Part shown: positions 10,138 through 19,607 of the stretch, piece after piece
How positions within the stretch are numbered: the first letter of the stretch is position 1
How the letters are laid out: every line of letters begins with the position of its first letter
Source: Escherichia phage vB_EcoM_G2540-3
DNA length: 64,000 nt
Direction: 5' to 3' (one strand)
Sequence record: MK327944.1
The notes under the pieces: generated by a model
Told to the model about the DNA's origin: nothing
Database searches by the model: none
The model's input: the letters and a program-made list of their open reading frames with translations, nothing else
Program-made: the position numbers and the translations under genes

Positions 10138-10445
10138 CGTAAATTCCCTGCAATTGGTATACTAACAATACGCCCAGTATCTAAAATTCGCTGATATAAT
10201 CTTTGTGTGTCTACGTCAGGCTTAACATGTTTAACTTCTATTTTATTAAACCAAAATTTACGTGGAGTCTCAACTAATCTTGGAATTCCCTTACCTAAAG
10301 CTAGTTGATACTGCTCTTTAAGAGTGGTAAATACTTTATCAGCAATCTCCCTTTCAAAAAATACAGCAGGACGATGTTCATCAAGAGGAACAGGAACCGC
10401 AAATCCATCTTTATCTCTATACACTATCGCATATACATAAAACAT
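10134..10445 (-). CDS. hypothetical protein, 103 aa (dda.1 position)
   Basis: ORF translationally coupled to dda. Confidence 0.5.
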   Translation of the reverse strand: MFYVYAIVYRDKDGFAVPVPLDEHRPAVFFEREIADKVFTTLKEQYQLALGKGIPRLVETPRKFWFNKIEVKHVKPDVDTQRLYQRILDTGRIVSIPIAGNLR

Positions 10446-10446
10446 A

Positions 10447-11193
10447 TTATCCTCGGATAAGTTTAAAAATTGAACAATTTAGCGGGTATCCTCTTTTCAG
10501 TTTAAGTTTATCAATAAAAGACAAGTTTTGATACCGCTCTACACCTTGAATAATTTTATCACACATATCATATTGCATTTCTGCTTCTGACAACTTTTTC
10601 ACAGTTTTCCAATCCGAGCCTTTAAGAAGAACGTTCAATTTAACAACTTCAGCGCCTTCTGCTATACGAGAACCATCAATACGAGCTTTGAGTGCTATAA
10701 TCGTTAGCTTAACGTCAGAAGTTTGTTTTGATTTAGAAAGCTGAGAAATGTGTTCAATTCGGTTTTCACGTTTTTTCTGTATAGCTTTAATTTGATTATA
10801 AGTCTTTTTGATTTTAGCCCATTTCTTTTCATCTAAATTTAGTTTATGAACTTTTTTCGCAGATGAACGACCAATTCGCAAAGCAAATAAATCACGCTTT
10901 TCAATCAACTCTTCTAAAGTATAATCAGAACGAAATGTATTATACTTTTTCTTTACTGCAATAACATTCCCTTTAATATATCCAACGTTATTATCAAAAC
11001 GTTCTAACGATAATTTCTCTCCTTCAATACGATTATCAAAAGGTTCTCCTGAGTAAGCGCAAACTTTCTGATCTAAAATGTTCTTAATGTAATTGAAGTC
11101 TAAGTTAAAATCTTTAGAACGTCTTTTAGCTGATGCCTGAGTGTGCTCTAAACGACGTGTAATTTTACGAATTTGATTTTTAGATAGTTTCAT
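10447..11193 (-). CDS. hypothetical early protein, 248 aa (T4 srd position; degenerate HNH-like segment)
   Basis: Size and position consistent with Srd; segment CAYSGEPF...ERFDNNVGYIKGN; early promoter at 11224..11253. Confidence 0.45.
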   Translation of the reverse strand: MKLSKNQIRKITRRLEHTQASAKRRSKDFNLDFNYIKNILDQKVCAYSGEPFDNRIEGEKLSLERFDNNVGYIKGNVIAVKKKYNTFRSDYTLEELIEKRDLFALRIGRSSAKKVHKLNLDEKKWAKIKKTYNQIKAIQKKRENRIEHISQLSKSKQTSDVKLTIIALKARIDGSRIAEGAEVVKLNVLLKGSDWKTVKKLSEAEMQYDMCDKIIQGVERYQNLSFIDKLKLKRGYPLNCSIFKLIRG

Positions 11194-11223
11194 ATTTTTC
11201 TCACGGACGGGTTAACTACTTAT

Positions 11224-11253
11224 ACTATAACATTTTTACTTCAGCTTGTAAAC
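11224..11253 (-). promoter_or_regulatory. T4-type early promoter
   Basis: Minus strand GTTTAC, 18 nt, TATAGT; upstream of 10447..11193. Confidence 0.6.
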
Positions 11254-11309
11254 AACTTTATGAAAAATGCTTTAAAACTTTCATGGTATAATGAATCTAA
11301 GTCCTTCCA

Positions 11310-11912
11310 TTATAGATTAAATCCTTCAAAATCAAGAGTATAGATAGTGTATGTTGAATACTTTTTATACTCATATCTATCCGCAATTCTAAATACACTT
11401 CCAGCTGGTATCATTACTTCTTGTTCATCTGAAACTAATTCCATATTACGATAGCGATGGCTATCCGGAAACTTAAAACTTGGACTATATTCTTTACAAC
11501 GTAGAGCTTTTATAGCATACTCCTGGAAATTAAATACCATAGGAGCTTTGAATTCAAAAATAACTTGCGTATTGTATTCTAATCCAGAAGCAAAATGTAG
11601 AGCTATATTTTTATCATATGAAGCTGATACTACTTTATCAAATGTAATAATATCAATTCCTTGATTTAACACTTGCTTAGTCTCAACTGGAACACCTCTC
11701 CAAAGAGGTTTATCGTTTGGTTCCAAACGAGATTTGATTATTTCATTTAACCAAGAATGATCGTCTGGCTTATTAGTAATACAATGAATTAAAAGTTCAA
11801 TTTCGGATAAATTAAATCCTTCAGAAAGTAATTCTTCACGAATAGAAGCACGCACCGATGCATCCATTGATTTGATTTTAAAATCTTTTAATTGCATTGC
11901 TGAATATTTCAT
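11310..11912 (-). CDS. modA: ADP-ribosyltransferase ModA, 200 aa
   Basis: R-S-E ART signature: LWRGV, SAS, EQEVMIP; 200 aa; tandem with its paralogue. Confidence 0.8.
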   Translation of the reverse strand: MKYSAMQLKDFKIKSMDASVRASIREELLSEGFNLSEIELLIHCITNKPDDHSWLNEIIKSRLEPNDKPLWRGVPVETKQVLNQGIDIITFDKVVSASYDKNIALHFASGLEYNTQVIFEFKAPMVFNFQEYAIKALRCKEYSPSFKFPDSHRYRNMELVSDEQEVMIPAGSVFRIADRYEYKKYSTYTIYTLDFEGFNL

Positions 11913-12544
11913 TCAACTACCTCAATATCATACACTTTAAATGTTCCAAATGAATCATGTAATTTTTCTTTTGAAATAGAAGTTATTTTATACTTTCCAA
12001 TTGGAATCATCCATTCTTGTTCACGCACAATCATCATTAAGTTATCAGTACGTTCTGAATCTAATCCATCAGTATCTTCATATGTATACTTAAACTCAGT
12101 ATTAGGAGAAGAAAGTATAATATCGCTGATATGGTCAGAATAATTAAAAGCTTTATCAGTTTTTAAGCGAAGTACTATTTCAGTGAAATATTCAGCATAA
12201 GAAAAAGAACACGCTGTATGCAAACTAGTAGTAAATGAATCTACTCTGTTCGTTGAAAACACTTCTCCAACTTGTAAATCTTTAATGAGTTCTTTTGTCG
12301 ATTTTGATATACCACGATATAGCTGATAAGGTGATTTAGTTAAATGCTTTTTAATGATTTTATTCAACTGCCGATGAAGAGCTTCATTCTTTTTGGCTTC
12401 CATACATTGCCAAAGAACTGACTGTTCAAAGTCAGTAAATTTTTCACAGACCTTTTTATACATATCATATTGAAAATCAACGCTTTCAGCTTTTATAGAT
12501 AACTGTTCAACATCTGCAAGATTAATAATCATGATAGCCTCCAT
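11909..12544 (-). CDS. modB: ADP-ribosyltransferase ModB, 211 aa
   Basis: R-S-E ART signature: LYRGI, STN, EQEWMIP; RBS GGAGG; early promoter at 12559..12588. Confidence 0.8.
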   Translation of the reverse strand: MEAIMIINLADVEQLSIKAESVDFQYDMYKKVCEKFTDFEQSVLWQCMEAKKNEALHRQLNKIIKKHLTKSPYQLYRGISKSTKELIKDLQVGEVFSTNRVDSFTTSLHTACSFSYAEYFTEIVLRLKTDKAFNYSDHISDIILSSPNTEFKYTYEDTDGLDSERTDNLMMIVREQEWMIPIGKYKITSISKEKLHDSFGTFKVYDIEVVE

Positions 12545-12558
12545 ATACTTCAGAAGCT

Positions 12559-12588
12559 ATCATATCATTGTTAGGAAGGAAAGTAAAC
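12559..12588 (-). promoter_or_regulatory. T4-type early promoter (modB-modA)
   Basis: Minus strand GTTTAC, 18 nt, TATGAT. Confidence 0.6.
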
Positions 12589-12599
12589 AACTTTTTGAA

Positions 12600-12782
12600 T
12601 TATTTTGCCCAGGGAGCCCAGGGCGGAGGGTCAAGATGGTATGAAGCTAGTTCTTCTAAAAGAGCATCTGGAGCTTCAATTCCATAATTCTGTAATACTA
12701 TACGGTACTCTTTCTTATAATCACTAGAATCATTCTGGATATTCATAGAATGATTATCTTCTAACATCTCAAATAAATCCAT
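12600..12782 (-). CDS. hypothetical small protein, 60 aa
   Basis: ORF only. Confidence 0.4.
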   Translation of the reverse strand: MDLFEMLEDNHSMNIQNDSSDYKKEYRIVLQNYGIEAPDALLEELASYHLDPPPWAPWAK

Positions 12783-12790
12783 ATTAATTC

Positions 12791-13273
12791 CTAGCGATAA
12801 AAACCAAAATAACGATTAGCTTCAATAATTTTTCTTTCTTCTTCGGACATTCTCCAGCGCAGTCCAACATCAAAATGAGCCCAGACCATCTTAACAAATG
12901 CATTTATATCTTTAATATCTTCAATAATGAATGTTTTACTTTTAGAAGGTTGACCTGCTAAATTAAGCGCTAATTTAACTTTATCGTCTTCAAACAGGTC
13001 AAAAAGACCATATTCATGGGCTCTTTTATAGCCTTTAATAGTTAAAGCTTCAGAAGAAGAAAAAGGTGAATCAGTATTCTGCAAAATATCTTCAGTATGC
13101 TTTATAATTAGAATAACATTTTCTGGATATTTTCTTTCTTTTATATCTTTAATTAAAATATCCGGATTTTCTGCTAAAGGAATAATTAATGAGCACTTTT
13201 TATCAAGTGTATTTACTGATTTACCTTCTTTAGACATAAATTCTATTGAATAATGTTTTGCTACTTCAATCAT
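12791..13273 (-). CDS. hypothetical protein, 160 aa
   Basis: ORF in the early array (T4 mrh region). Confidence 0.5.
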   Translation of the reverse strand: MIEVAKHYSIEFMSKEGKSVNTLDKKCSLIIPLAENPDILIKDIKERKYPENVILIIKHTEDILQNTDSPFSSSEALTIKGYKRAHEYGLFDLFEDDKVKLALNLAGQPSKSKTFIIEDIKDINAFVKMVWAHFDVGLRWRMSEEERKIIEANRYFGFYR

Positions 13274-13430
13274 GTGATTTCCTCTTGCCTACTAATGGGC
13301 CGTCAGGAATTTTGTTTTCCTGGATATATTTCTCATTTTCTTCCATCATTTTACTGCCAATTTTAAGAAGCAAATCCAGTGCTTCATTTGCTTTAGCCTT
13401 GGCCTCTTCTAGCGTCATGTTCTTGTTCAT
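13266..13430 (-). CDS. hypothetical small protein, 54 aa (below ORF-track cutoff)
   Basis: [21 protein letters not shown]...; exactly fills the gap between neighbours, with ATGA overlap to the downstream start. Confidence 0.4.
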   Translation of the reverse strand: MNKNMTLEEAKAKANEALDLLLKIGSKMMEENEKYIQENKIPDGPLVGKRKSHD

Positions 13431-13630
13431 GATTTATCCCCATAGATATCTCTCATCAATTTAAGTGCTGAGCGTTCTAATTTCTTTTCTTTCTCAGCAC
13501 TAATCATTGATTTCATCCATTCTTCCGATTCATTCTGCATTTCTTTATTTGCTTGTTCAACCCAACCATCATCAATATACATTGAGTTTGGTCTACTGAA
13601 CCATTCAAGCATCTTCTTCAGAACTTTCAT
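13427..13630 (-). CDS. hypothetical small protein, 67 aa
   Basis: ORF only. Confidence 0.45.
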   Translation of the reverse strand: MKVLKKMLEWFSRPNSMYIDDGWVEQANKEMQNESEEWMKSMISAEKEKKLERSALKLMRDIYGDKS

Positions 13631-14090
13631 TTGTTTTACCTAAAACAATAGTAGGAGCATCGTCAAATTCATGAATTTTTAGCAATTTTGGATTTAAATT
13701 ATTCCATACATAATAAATAAAGTATGATAAAGCATCTTCACTCGCAATTATAAATTTATTTCCTTCATTTATTTTCCAGTCATATACTGAATCGTACGAA
13801 TAAAAAGATAAAGGATTACCATTATATTGTTCTGCGCTAACATTAATGTATTCGGATTTAGTAAATGCTTCAATTGCTCTAAACGGACTATTTGGCACAG
13901 TTTCAATAATTCCGATCTTTTTAAGTTTTATTTCAACATCTTCTGGAACTGGCATTGAAACGAAATTTTCTACGAGATACATAGGGTTACAATAACCCTT
14001 ATCAATCACTACGGCTACAGTAATTGGAACATCTTTAGCAAACAACATGCTATTACTGCTAATATACATTTCAAACAAAATCGCTTCCAT
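13605..14090 (-). CDS. hypothetical protein, about 161 aa
   Basis: Start set at ATG 14090 with RBS GAGGAAAATT. Confidence 0.5.
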   Translation of the reverse strand: MEAILFEMYISSNSMLFAKDVPITVAVVIDKGYCNPMYLVENFVSMPVPEDVEIKLKKIGIIETVPNSPFRAIEAFTKSEYINVSAEQYNGNPLSFYSYDSVYDWKINEGNKFIIASEDALSYFIYYVWNNLNPKLLKIHEFDDAPTIVLGKTNESSEEDA

Positions 14091-14098
14091 AATTTTCC

Positions 14099-14593
14099 TC
14101 AATCGCAAGATGTAGATGAACAACCAGAATCACAAGAACTTCCACATGAATCACCAGTCCAAGAACTAACAGCCGTGACTGTTATAATAGGAGCGGTATC
14201 GATATAGCTTTCTGAACGTCTTGAATCTAAATGTTCTTTTAACTTTTTAGAATTCAATGGAAGCGCACCTGCACCAACATTACCAGCTTTTTCTGGTTGA
14301 CGAATAATTTCTTCCATCGTATCGTCGCTCGCATAAACATTAGTATCATATGAATCAGAACTAGACTGTGTATTAGATGATGTAGTAGGTGTTGACCAGC
14401 GCCAAGGATTTTTATAATATTCTTGGGCTTCTTCATAAGTCATAGTAACTGCTTCTACTGTTCCATCTCCCATATAAACATACTCAACTACAGTTAAAGG
14501 AAGGTAGTCATTTGAAATAGGAACTACACCTTCCCCAGGAGTCGTAGAGAAAAAATCCGTAAAGAAACTTTTAAACCAATTAAAGATAAACAT
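14099..14593 (-). CDS. hypothetical protein with hydrophobic N-terminus and Cys/Ser-rich C-terminal tail, 164 aa
   Basis: N-terminus [15 protein letters not shown]; C-terminus [21 protein letters not shown]. Confidence 0.5.
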   Translation of the reverse strand: MFIFNWFKSFFTDFFSTTPGEGVVPISNDYLPLTVVEYVYMGDGTVEAVTMTYEEAQEYYKNPWRWSTPTTSSNTQSSSDSYDTNVYASDDTMEEIIRQPEKAGNVGAGALPLNSKKLKEHLDSRRSESYIDTAPIITVTAVSSWTGDSCGSSCDSGCSSTSCD

Positions 14594-14799
14594 TACAAAA
14601 AGCCTCTTTTGAATTCAACTTGCTTCTCACCATAATCATATCGAATCTCTGCATTAAATTCGACAGAGCCATCTGCGTACATCATAAATGAATGCACAAC
14701 AACTTCTGTAGACCATGGTTGTAGTTCATATTTCTTCATTACATGTCGTGAAATGATAATATCTAAATCTTCATTTGGTTTAATCCAGCGATTTAACAT
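14593..14799 (-). CDS. hypothetical small protein, 68 aa
   Basis: ORF with early promoter at 14826..14855. Confidence 0.5.
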   Translation of the reverse strand: MLNRWIKPNEDLDIIISRHVMKKYELQPWSTEVVVHSFMMYADGSVEFNAEIRYDYGEKQVEFKRGFL

Positions 14800-14825
14800 A
14801 GTGCTCTCCTCTATAAGATAATTCT

Positions 14826-14855
14826 ATTATACCATACTCATTTTGGAAAGTAAAC
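14826..14855 (-). promoter_or_regulatory. T4-type early promoter
   Basis: Minus strand GTTTAC, 18 nt, TGGTATAAT. Confidence 0.65.
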
Positions 14856-14860
14856 CGTTT

Positions 14861-14890
14861 AAATGAAAAAAGGACTCCCGAAGGAGTCCT
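14861..14890 (-). terminator. intrinsic terminator after soc
   Basis: Minus RNA GGACUCC-UUCG-GGAGUCC followed by UUUUUUCAUUU. Confidence 0.8.
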
Positions 14891-14897
14891 TGAATTA

Positions 14898-15134
14898 TTA
14901 ACCACCTATTGATGTAGGCGTAAACATTGCAGCATTCTTAGTTTTCCAAGTTGCTGCATCGGAAACTACATCAGAATATGCTGCCTTTTCAGAAGGAAAG
15001 GTCTGATAATGAGAATCTGCAATACGATGCTCGTTAGAATAGATTTCAAATGGAACAGAAACTTCCATACCTTTAACTTCTTTGCCTTCACCCGCTGGAT
15101 GAGTAAAGGTCTTGATGTTAACGAAACCACCCAT
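14898..15134 (-). CDS. soc: small outer capsid protein Soc, 78 aa
   Basis: VNIKTF...HYQTFPSEKAAYS matches the Soc signature; late promoter upstream and strong terminator downstream. Confidence 0.85.
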   Translation of the reverse strand: MGGFVNIKTFTHPAGEGKEVKGMEVSVPFEIYSNEHRIADSHYQTFPSEKAAYSDVVSDAATWKTKNAAMFTPTSIGG

Positions 15135-15165
15135 AATAAACTCCTTTATTGTTTAATTACAAGTG

Positions 15166-15173
15166 TATTTATA
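15166..15173 (-). promoter_or_regulatory. late promoter (soc)
   Basis: Minus strand TATAAATA about 30 nt before the soc ATG. Confidence 0.7.
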
Positions 15174-16020
15174 AACCATTTTCAAACCTCTTTATCATAT
15201 TTATATAGTTTTCATCGGGATAACCTAGACTAACTGCTAACTTTCTAAAATTGACATATTTAGGTTTGTTGTTATTAATCCATAATTCTCTAAGCTCTTT
15301 TTCATAATTCCATTTAAGTTGATTTCTGCGTGCAGTTTTGCTTAAAGTTTTTCCTTTAGCTTTTAAAGCCTTTTCGGATGACTGTTTTAATTTTTGAATA
15401 TTTAAAACTTCTTCTATAGATAAATTATTTTCCTTTGAATACCTTATGCAAAAATCTTTTACTACGGCTATTAGGCAATTTTTGTGAGTACCTAAAATTT
15501 CTGGATTATTTTCTTCAACTAAAATTCCCCAATATCTTCGGTAGCGAGGCATATCCCTTGAAATCCAGTCATTATACCAAAAATCAAAGTTGGAATACAT
15601 GAAAGATTTTCTTTTGCGAAGAGTATCTTGGTTTATCCATTGCTCACGTTTATCAGCCCATAACTTAATAGTAAAGTCTTTCTCTAAGTCAGAAAGCTTC
15701 TTAAATTGCGAGCTATTTACTGAGGTCATTCTCTGGAATGCATTCAGCAGTCCAAATCTTCCAGTTGAACATAAGAGATAGTGAACATATATGTGTTGAT
15801 ATATTGGGAGATATACTCTATTCCAAGGATATATTTTAAAATCACTATACTCAGGAAATGCGCATTTAGGAAGTATATGATGGGCTTCTGTTTTAGATTT
15901 AATGTTAGTGTTTAACTTATACTTATCTATAATTTTTAAGTACTCATCTAAAAGTTCCCATTGCGGGAACTTTTCTTTAAGAGCAGATTTGAAATTAATA
16001 TCCATTATCTTGACGTTCAA
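15169..16020 (-). CDS. HNH (Mob-type) homing endonuclease, 283 aa
   Basis: EAHHILPK...H motif; C-terminal LRELWINNNKPKYVNFRKLAVSLGYP module shared with four paralogues in the window. Confidence 0.75.
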   Translation of the reverse strand: MNVKIMDINFKSALKEKFPQWELLDEYLKIIDKYKLNTNIKSKTEAHHILPKCAFPEYSDFKIYPWNRVYLPIYQHIYVHYLLCSTGRFGLLNAFQRMTSVNSSQFKKLSDLEKDFTIKLWADKREQWINQDTLRKRKSFMYSNFDFWYNDWISRDMPRYRRYWGILVEENNPEILGTHKNCLIAVVKDFCIRYSKENNLSIEEVLNIQKLKQSSEKALKAKGKTLSKTARRNQLKWNYEKELRELWINNNKPKYVNFRKLAVSLGYPDENYINMIKRFENGL

Positions 16021-16513
16021 AATTATGTTTGTTCTTCAGATAATAAAGTTTAAAGATTTCTTCAGCAGTAAGACCAAGACCTTGGAACATATTCAGAACG
16101 AAATGGAGAATATCAATCATTTCAAATTTAATTTCCAACTGGTCTTGCGGAGACAAATCAGTAATCAGAGTTTCACGACGTTCACCATGCTGCGACTTCC
16201 AAGGTTTCCATACAGCAGATGCATCTTTTTCACCATTACTCATACCACCGAGAGAAGTCAGAAGTTCACGGAATTCATCGTCAATATAATCTTTCTGATT
16301 ACGCAACCAATCAACAACTTCACCGGCAGTAGCCAAGTCATCAGGATGACGATTATATTCAGGTTTATCTTTAGCTAAACGAATCTGCAGAGATTTCTGC
16401 ATGTCAAGCATAACCTGCAGCGGGTCTTTTTCATCACCGAGAATATCCCAATATTCATTTTGAGCTTTATCAGCGCCTTCGATCAGTTGACTACATTCGT
16501 TGAAATGTGGCAT
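15995..16513 (-). CDS. 56: dCTP pyrophosphatase gp56 (MazG-like), 172 aa
   Basis: Size and all-alpha MazG-like sequence; position between soc and gene 61. Confidence 0.8.
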   Translation of the reverse strand: MPHFNECSQLIEGADKAQNEYWDILGDEKDPLQVMLDMQKSLQIRLAKDKPEYNRHPDDLATAGEVVDWLRNQKDYIDDEFRELLTSLGGMSNGEKDASAVWKPWKSQHGERRETLITDLSPQDQLEIKFEMIDILHFVLNMFQGLGLTAEEIFKLYYLKNKHNFERQDNGY

Positions 16514-16514
16514 G

Positions 16515-17165
16515 TTATTTTTCCTTTCTTATGAAGTTTTCTATCATATGTCTATAGCAGATATTAGGATAACCTGCCTTGACAGCTATTTTATTAAATT
16601 TTGTGCGCTTAGGTCTATTATTATAAACCCATAATTCATAAAGCGCATCATAACTATTCCATATTTCTCCTCGCCTAGGATTTGGTAAACCATATCGAGG
16701 CGAATTTTTACCGCTAAATCTTCCTTTTCGGGCTTTACTCATATTAGCCTTGGCTTCATCGGATATAATTTTACCTTTATGAGCTAGACGCATTTTGGCT
16801 TTAGTTTCTTCTGGAGTCTTTTTACCTTTAATCCATGACGGCTTGCCATATCTAGGATTATTTTCACCCGAGAAAAGAACAGAGTTTTGGATTTTAAGGG
16901 TTTCTATTAATCTACTTGTTAATTTAACACCTTTATTATATCGCATTAAATTTACAGCATAATGCAATCCTCTCACATCTGGATATATTTTAGTTAATAA
17001 TCTATGAGCTATAAAATGCTCACGCGCAGTTAACTCAACAAGATTGTTTTTGCCATCTGCTCCTCCCATACATCTAGGAATTATATGATGGCGTTCTTTA
17101 TATCCGCCAAGATGCCGGCATTTAGCTTTTGTAATTAAAGCCGAGTAAATTTTTTGGTAATTCAC
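16515..17165 (-). CDS. HNH (Mob-type) homing endonuclease, 216 aa
   Basis: HHIIPRCMGG...NLVELTAREHFIAH motif; MotA-box middle promoter upstream. Confidence 0.8.
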   Translation of the reverse strand: MNYQKIYSALITKAKCRHLGGYKERHHIIPRCMGGADGKNNLVELTAREHFIAHRLLTKIYPDVRGLHYAVNLMRYNKGVKLTSRLIETLKIQNSVLFSGENNPRYGKPSWIKGKKTPEETKAKMRLAHKGKIISDEAKANMSKARKGRFSGKNSPRYGLPNPRRGEIWNSYDALYELWVYNNRPKRTKFNKIAVKAGYPNICYRHMIENFIRKEK

Positions 17166-17198
17166 ATATATCCTTTCAATTCATGGGTTAGTAGATTA

Positions 17199-17222
17199 AT
17201 TATACAATAAATATATAAAGCA
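17199..17222 (-). promoter_or_regulatory. MotA-box middle promoter (before HNH gene 16515..17165)
   Basis: Minus strand TATTGCTTTAT, 13 nt, TATAAT. Confidence 0.5.
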
Positions 17223-17235
17223 ATAAGGAGGACAT

Positions 17236-17436
17236 ATGGTACAAAAATTAATGGCACTTGTTAATGCCATAAAAGGTAATAAAAAACGTATAGCTTTTAC
17301 TATTTCTGCTATGATAGGAATTTTACTTTGGAATTTTGTTTTATCGCCAGTTGCTATTGCACATGGCGTTAGTATTCCAGTAATTACTCTTGATACATTC
17401 GTAGATTTAGCATTTGCTTTAGTTGGGTTAATTTAA
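17236..17436 (+). CDS. small hydrophobic protein with two predicted transmembrane helices, 66 aa, on the plus strand
   Basis: Perfect SD AAGGAGG 4 nt before ATG; two hydrophobic segments; convergent with gene 61. Confidence 0.5.
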   Translation: MVQKLMALVNAIKGNKKRIAFTISAMIGILLWNFVLSPVAIAHGVSIPVITLDTFVDLAFALVGLI

Positions 17437-18461
17437 ATCTTAGCATATTTAGATAACCGCATTTTAGCCATCAACCCCTGGGCGATATTATTTTTCATAT
17501 ATTCCATAATTTGTTCAGGGGTTGCACCTTCCTTTCTAATCATATCATTAACATCTTTTGATTTCCAGGGAGATTTATCCCAAAACATAACCCTTTCTCC
17601 TGCATCAACTAATTTAGTCATTCGTTTGATAGTGTCAGGATGACGAGGTTCATTATCTAAAACCCACACACGTCTATCTTTAAATGGAACAATTTCTAGG
17701 TCTAATTGACCGCCCGTAATAGCTATACCATTTTCAATAAAAAGTGAATCTATAGGTCCTTCTAGAACATATACATCGCCATCTTTAACTCGTTCAACAC
17801 CATAGATTTTTGTTGCCTCAGGATAAGCTTTGATGGTGATATATTTTTGAGGAGCATCTTTCTTTAATGCACGTCCTTGAAAAGACTCAGCTTTTCCATT
17901 AGCATTATAAATTGGAATAACAAGACGAGGCTCAGGTATTTCCTTTTTATATGTTCCTGGTGCTATACTATTAACTAATTTAGGCCATTCGGTTGTAAAC
18001 CAAAGATATTTCCATTTATCCTTTGGAATACAACGAGCTTTTACGTATTTTATAATTGGATGGTCTTCCGTCAGTTTATCTAATCTAATGCATGACGGAA
18101 GAGATTTAATTATTTTCTTCTCAGGTTGTTTAGGAAGTTCTTTAGGTTTTTCTACTGGACGACTTTTACCTTTTTCTTTTCTTATTTCAAAGATATACTC
18201 ACGATATAAATCAGGTTCAAACTCCTTTAAATATATTCCGATTGGTGCATGATAGTTACAGTTATAACAATGAATATTTCCTTCATTATTATCACCGTAA
18301 TACCATCCACGGGCTTTATTTTGGTCGGTTTTTGAATCTCCACAAACAGGGCATCTAAACCGTAATTTAAAAGTTGAACTATTATTTACTTGTGTGAATT
18401 TAGGTAAATGAGCTAGCGCACGATATGCAAACTCATTATCAATCCAAGGTATTGATGACAT
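17433..18461 (-). CDS. 61: DNA primase gp61, 342 aa
   Basis: Zinc ribbon CPVCGDS...CYNCNYH plus TOPRIM region; 342 aa as in T4. Confidence 0.9.
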   Translation of the reverse strand: MSSIPWIDNEFAYRALAHLPKFTQVNNSSTFKLRFRCPVCGDSKTDQNKARGWYYGDNNEGNIHCYNCNYHAPIGIYLKEFEPDLYREYIFEIRKEKGKSRPVEKPKELPKQPEKKIIKSLPSCIRLDKLTEDHPIIKYVKARCIPKDKWKYLWFTTEWPKLVNSIAPGTYKKEIPEPRLVIPIYNANGKAESFQGRALKKDAPQKYITIKAYPEATKIYGVERVKDGDVYVLEGPIDSLFIENGIAITGGQLDLEIVPFKDRRVWVLDNEPRHPDTIKRMTKLVDAGERVMFWDKSPWKSKDVNDMIRKEGATPEQIMEYMKNNIAQGLMAKMRLSKYAKI

Positions 18462-18627
18462 TTTTACTCTTCTTTTTCTTTAGATTCCTCTTTTTCTTTT
18501 TAGGAATCTGTTCAGGACCTTTATTTACTACAGCGCCTGACGTTGTTCCAGTAGAGATATTTTCAGGATTACCACCTGAATCTCCAGCTACCATATCTTC
18601 TTTGATAAATTCTTTATATGTTTTCAT
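18439..18627 (-). CDS. hypothetical basic small protein, 62 aa (61.1 position)
   Basis: ORF with RBS AGAGG; lysine-rich C-terminus. Confidence 0.45.
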   Translation of the reverse strand: MKTYKEFIKEDMVAGDSGGNPENISTGTTSGAVVNKGPEQIPKKKKRNLKKKKSKNVINTLD

Positions 18628-18650
18628 ATTAACCTCTATTCATAAAAGCA

Positions 18651-19256
18651 TTAAAAATTTGGGTCATCAATAGAAACTTTTACTTTAAACTGTTTTTCTG
18701 ATGGTAATTCATATCCGCATATTACAATTTTGTGATCAATATCAAAATACACAGAAGCAATATGATTAATGATGTTTTCAGTAAAGTCTAAATCAACCTC
18801 AATATCTTTTTGACCACAACCCAAAGGATAAATAATGCGAGTAATTCGATTATCTTTAACAAAGATTCCACCAATATACTCTGTGCTGCGTTTAAAGTCT
18901 ACGCGCCGCCGAAATGAAAAATATTCAGGCTCTTTATGAGCTCGGCTCATAGGACACAACGAATAACTAGAATAAGAGATGTCAAATCCTACACCTTCAA
19001 TATGAACTAAATTGTCATGATTAAACCAATTATAATCGTACGCCAAGTCCATTAGATTATAATATGTAAAAGGCACCGGATTAACATCACTAGTCACAAG
19101 CACGTAATTAGCAACTGCTATAATTTCGTTGTTTTTAACGAATACAAACCGCGATTGATGCGAATGACCTGGACCTGCGTTTTCACGATTAATGATATAA
19201 CACTGGGCACCTTTATATTTGTACGTGTCTTTGCACTTGTGCATTTGATAAAGCAT
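18651..19256 (-). CDS. hypothetical protein, 201 aa (61.2 position)
   Basis: ORF only; identity not verifiable from sequence. Confidence 0.5.
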   Translation of the reverse strand: MLYQMHKCKDTYKYKGAQCYIINRENAGPGHSHQSRFVFVKNNEIIAVANYVLVTSDVNPVPFTYYNLMDLAYDYNWFNHDNLVHIEGVGFDISYSSYSLCPMSRAHKEPEYFSFRRRVDFKRSTEYIGGIFVKDNRITRIIYPLGCGQKDIEVDLDFTENIINHIASVYFDIDHKIVICGYELPSEKQFKVKVSIDDPNF

Positions 19257-19549
19257 TATTCACCTACCACTTCAGCGATGATATTTTTATTATTGAAGTT
19301 TTTATCGCAATACAGAACGTAATTATACTGCATTACACCACCAGACTTAAGCTGTTTTTGCACTTCAGCTTTCATTTCAGGACGATCACGCTCAACGATA
19401 TTCATAATATCTGCTTCAATCTGAGTTTCAACCTCAGTCTGATCTGCAGTCATAGACCATTCGCACAAATCTTTATCATAACCTGCCATAGCAGGCTGAG
19501 CAGCGCAAGAAGCTAAAGCAAAAATTGCAGCAAAAACAAATTTTTTCAT
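19256..19549 (-). CDS. sp: periplasmic protein, 97 aa, likely Spackle (Sp)
   Basis: Signal peptide MKKFVFAAIFALASCAAQPAMA; 97 aa; position between 61 and 41; RBS GGAG; early promoter at 19578..19607. Confidence 0.55.
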   Translation of the reverse strand: MKKFVFAAIFALASCAAQPAMAGYDKDLCEWSMTADQTEVETQIEADIMNIVERDRPEMKAEVQKQLKSGGVMQYNYVLYCDKNFNNKNIIAEVVGE

Positions 19550-19577
19550 GATAATCTCCTCAGTAGTTTATGTTTAT

Positions 19578-19607
19578 ATAGTATCTCAATTTCTAACAAA
19601 AGTAAAC
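19578..19607 (-). promoter_or_regulatory. T4-type early promoter (before the sp-like gene)
   Basis: Minus strand GTTTAC, 18 nt, TACTAT. Confidence 0.6.

Noticed and set aside
14254-14436. Minus-strand ORFs nested in a different frame inside larger minus-strand genes (14254..14436, 20733..20930, 26640..26825, 27846..28037, 33919..34182, 36958..37152, 37482..37703, 58298..58483, 62176..62391)
   Set aside because: They are fully contained in alternative frames of confidently assigned genes and have no start signals.
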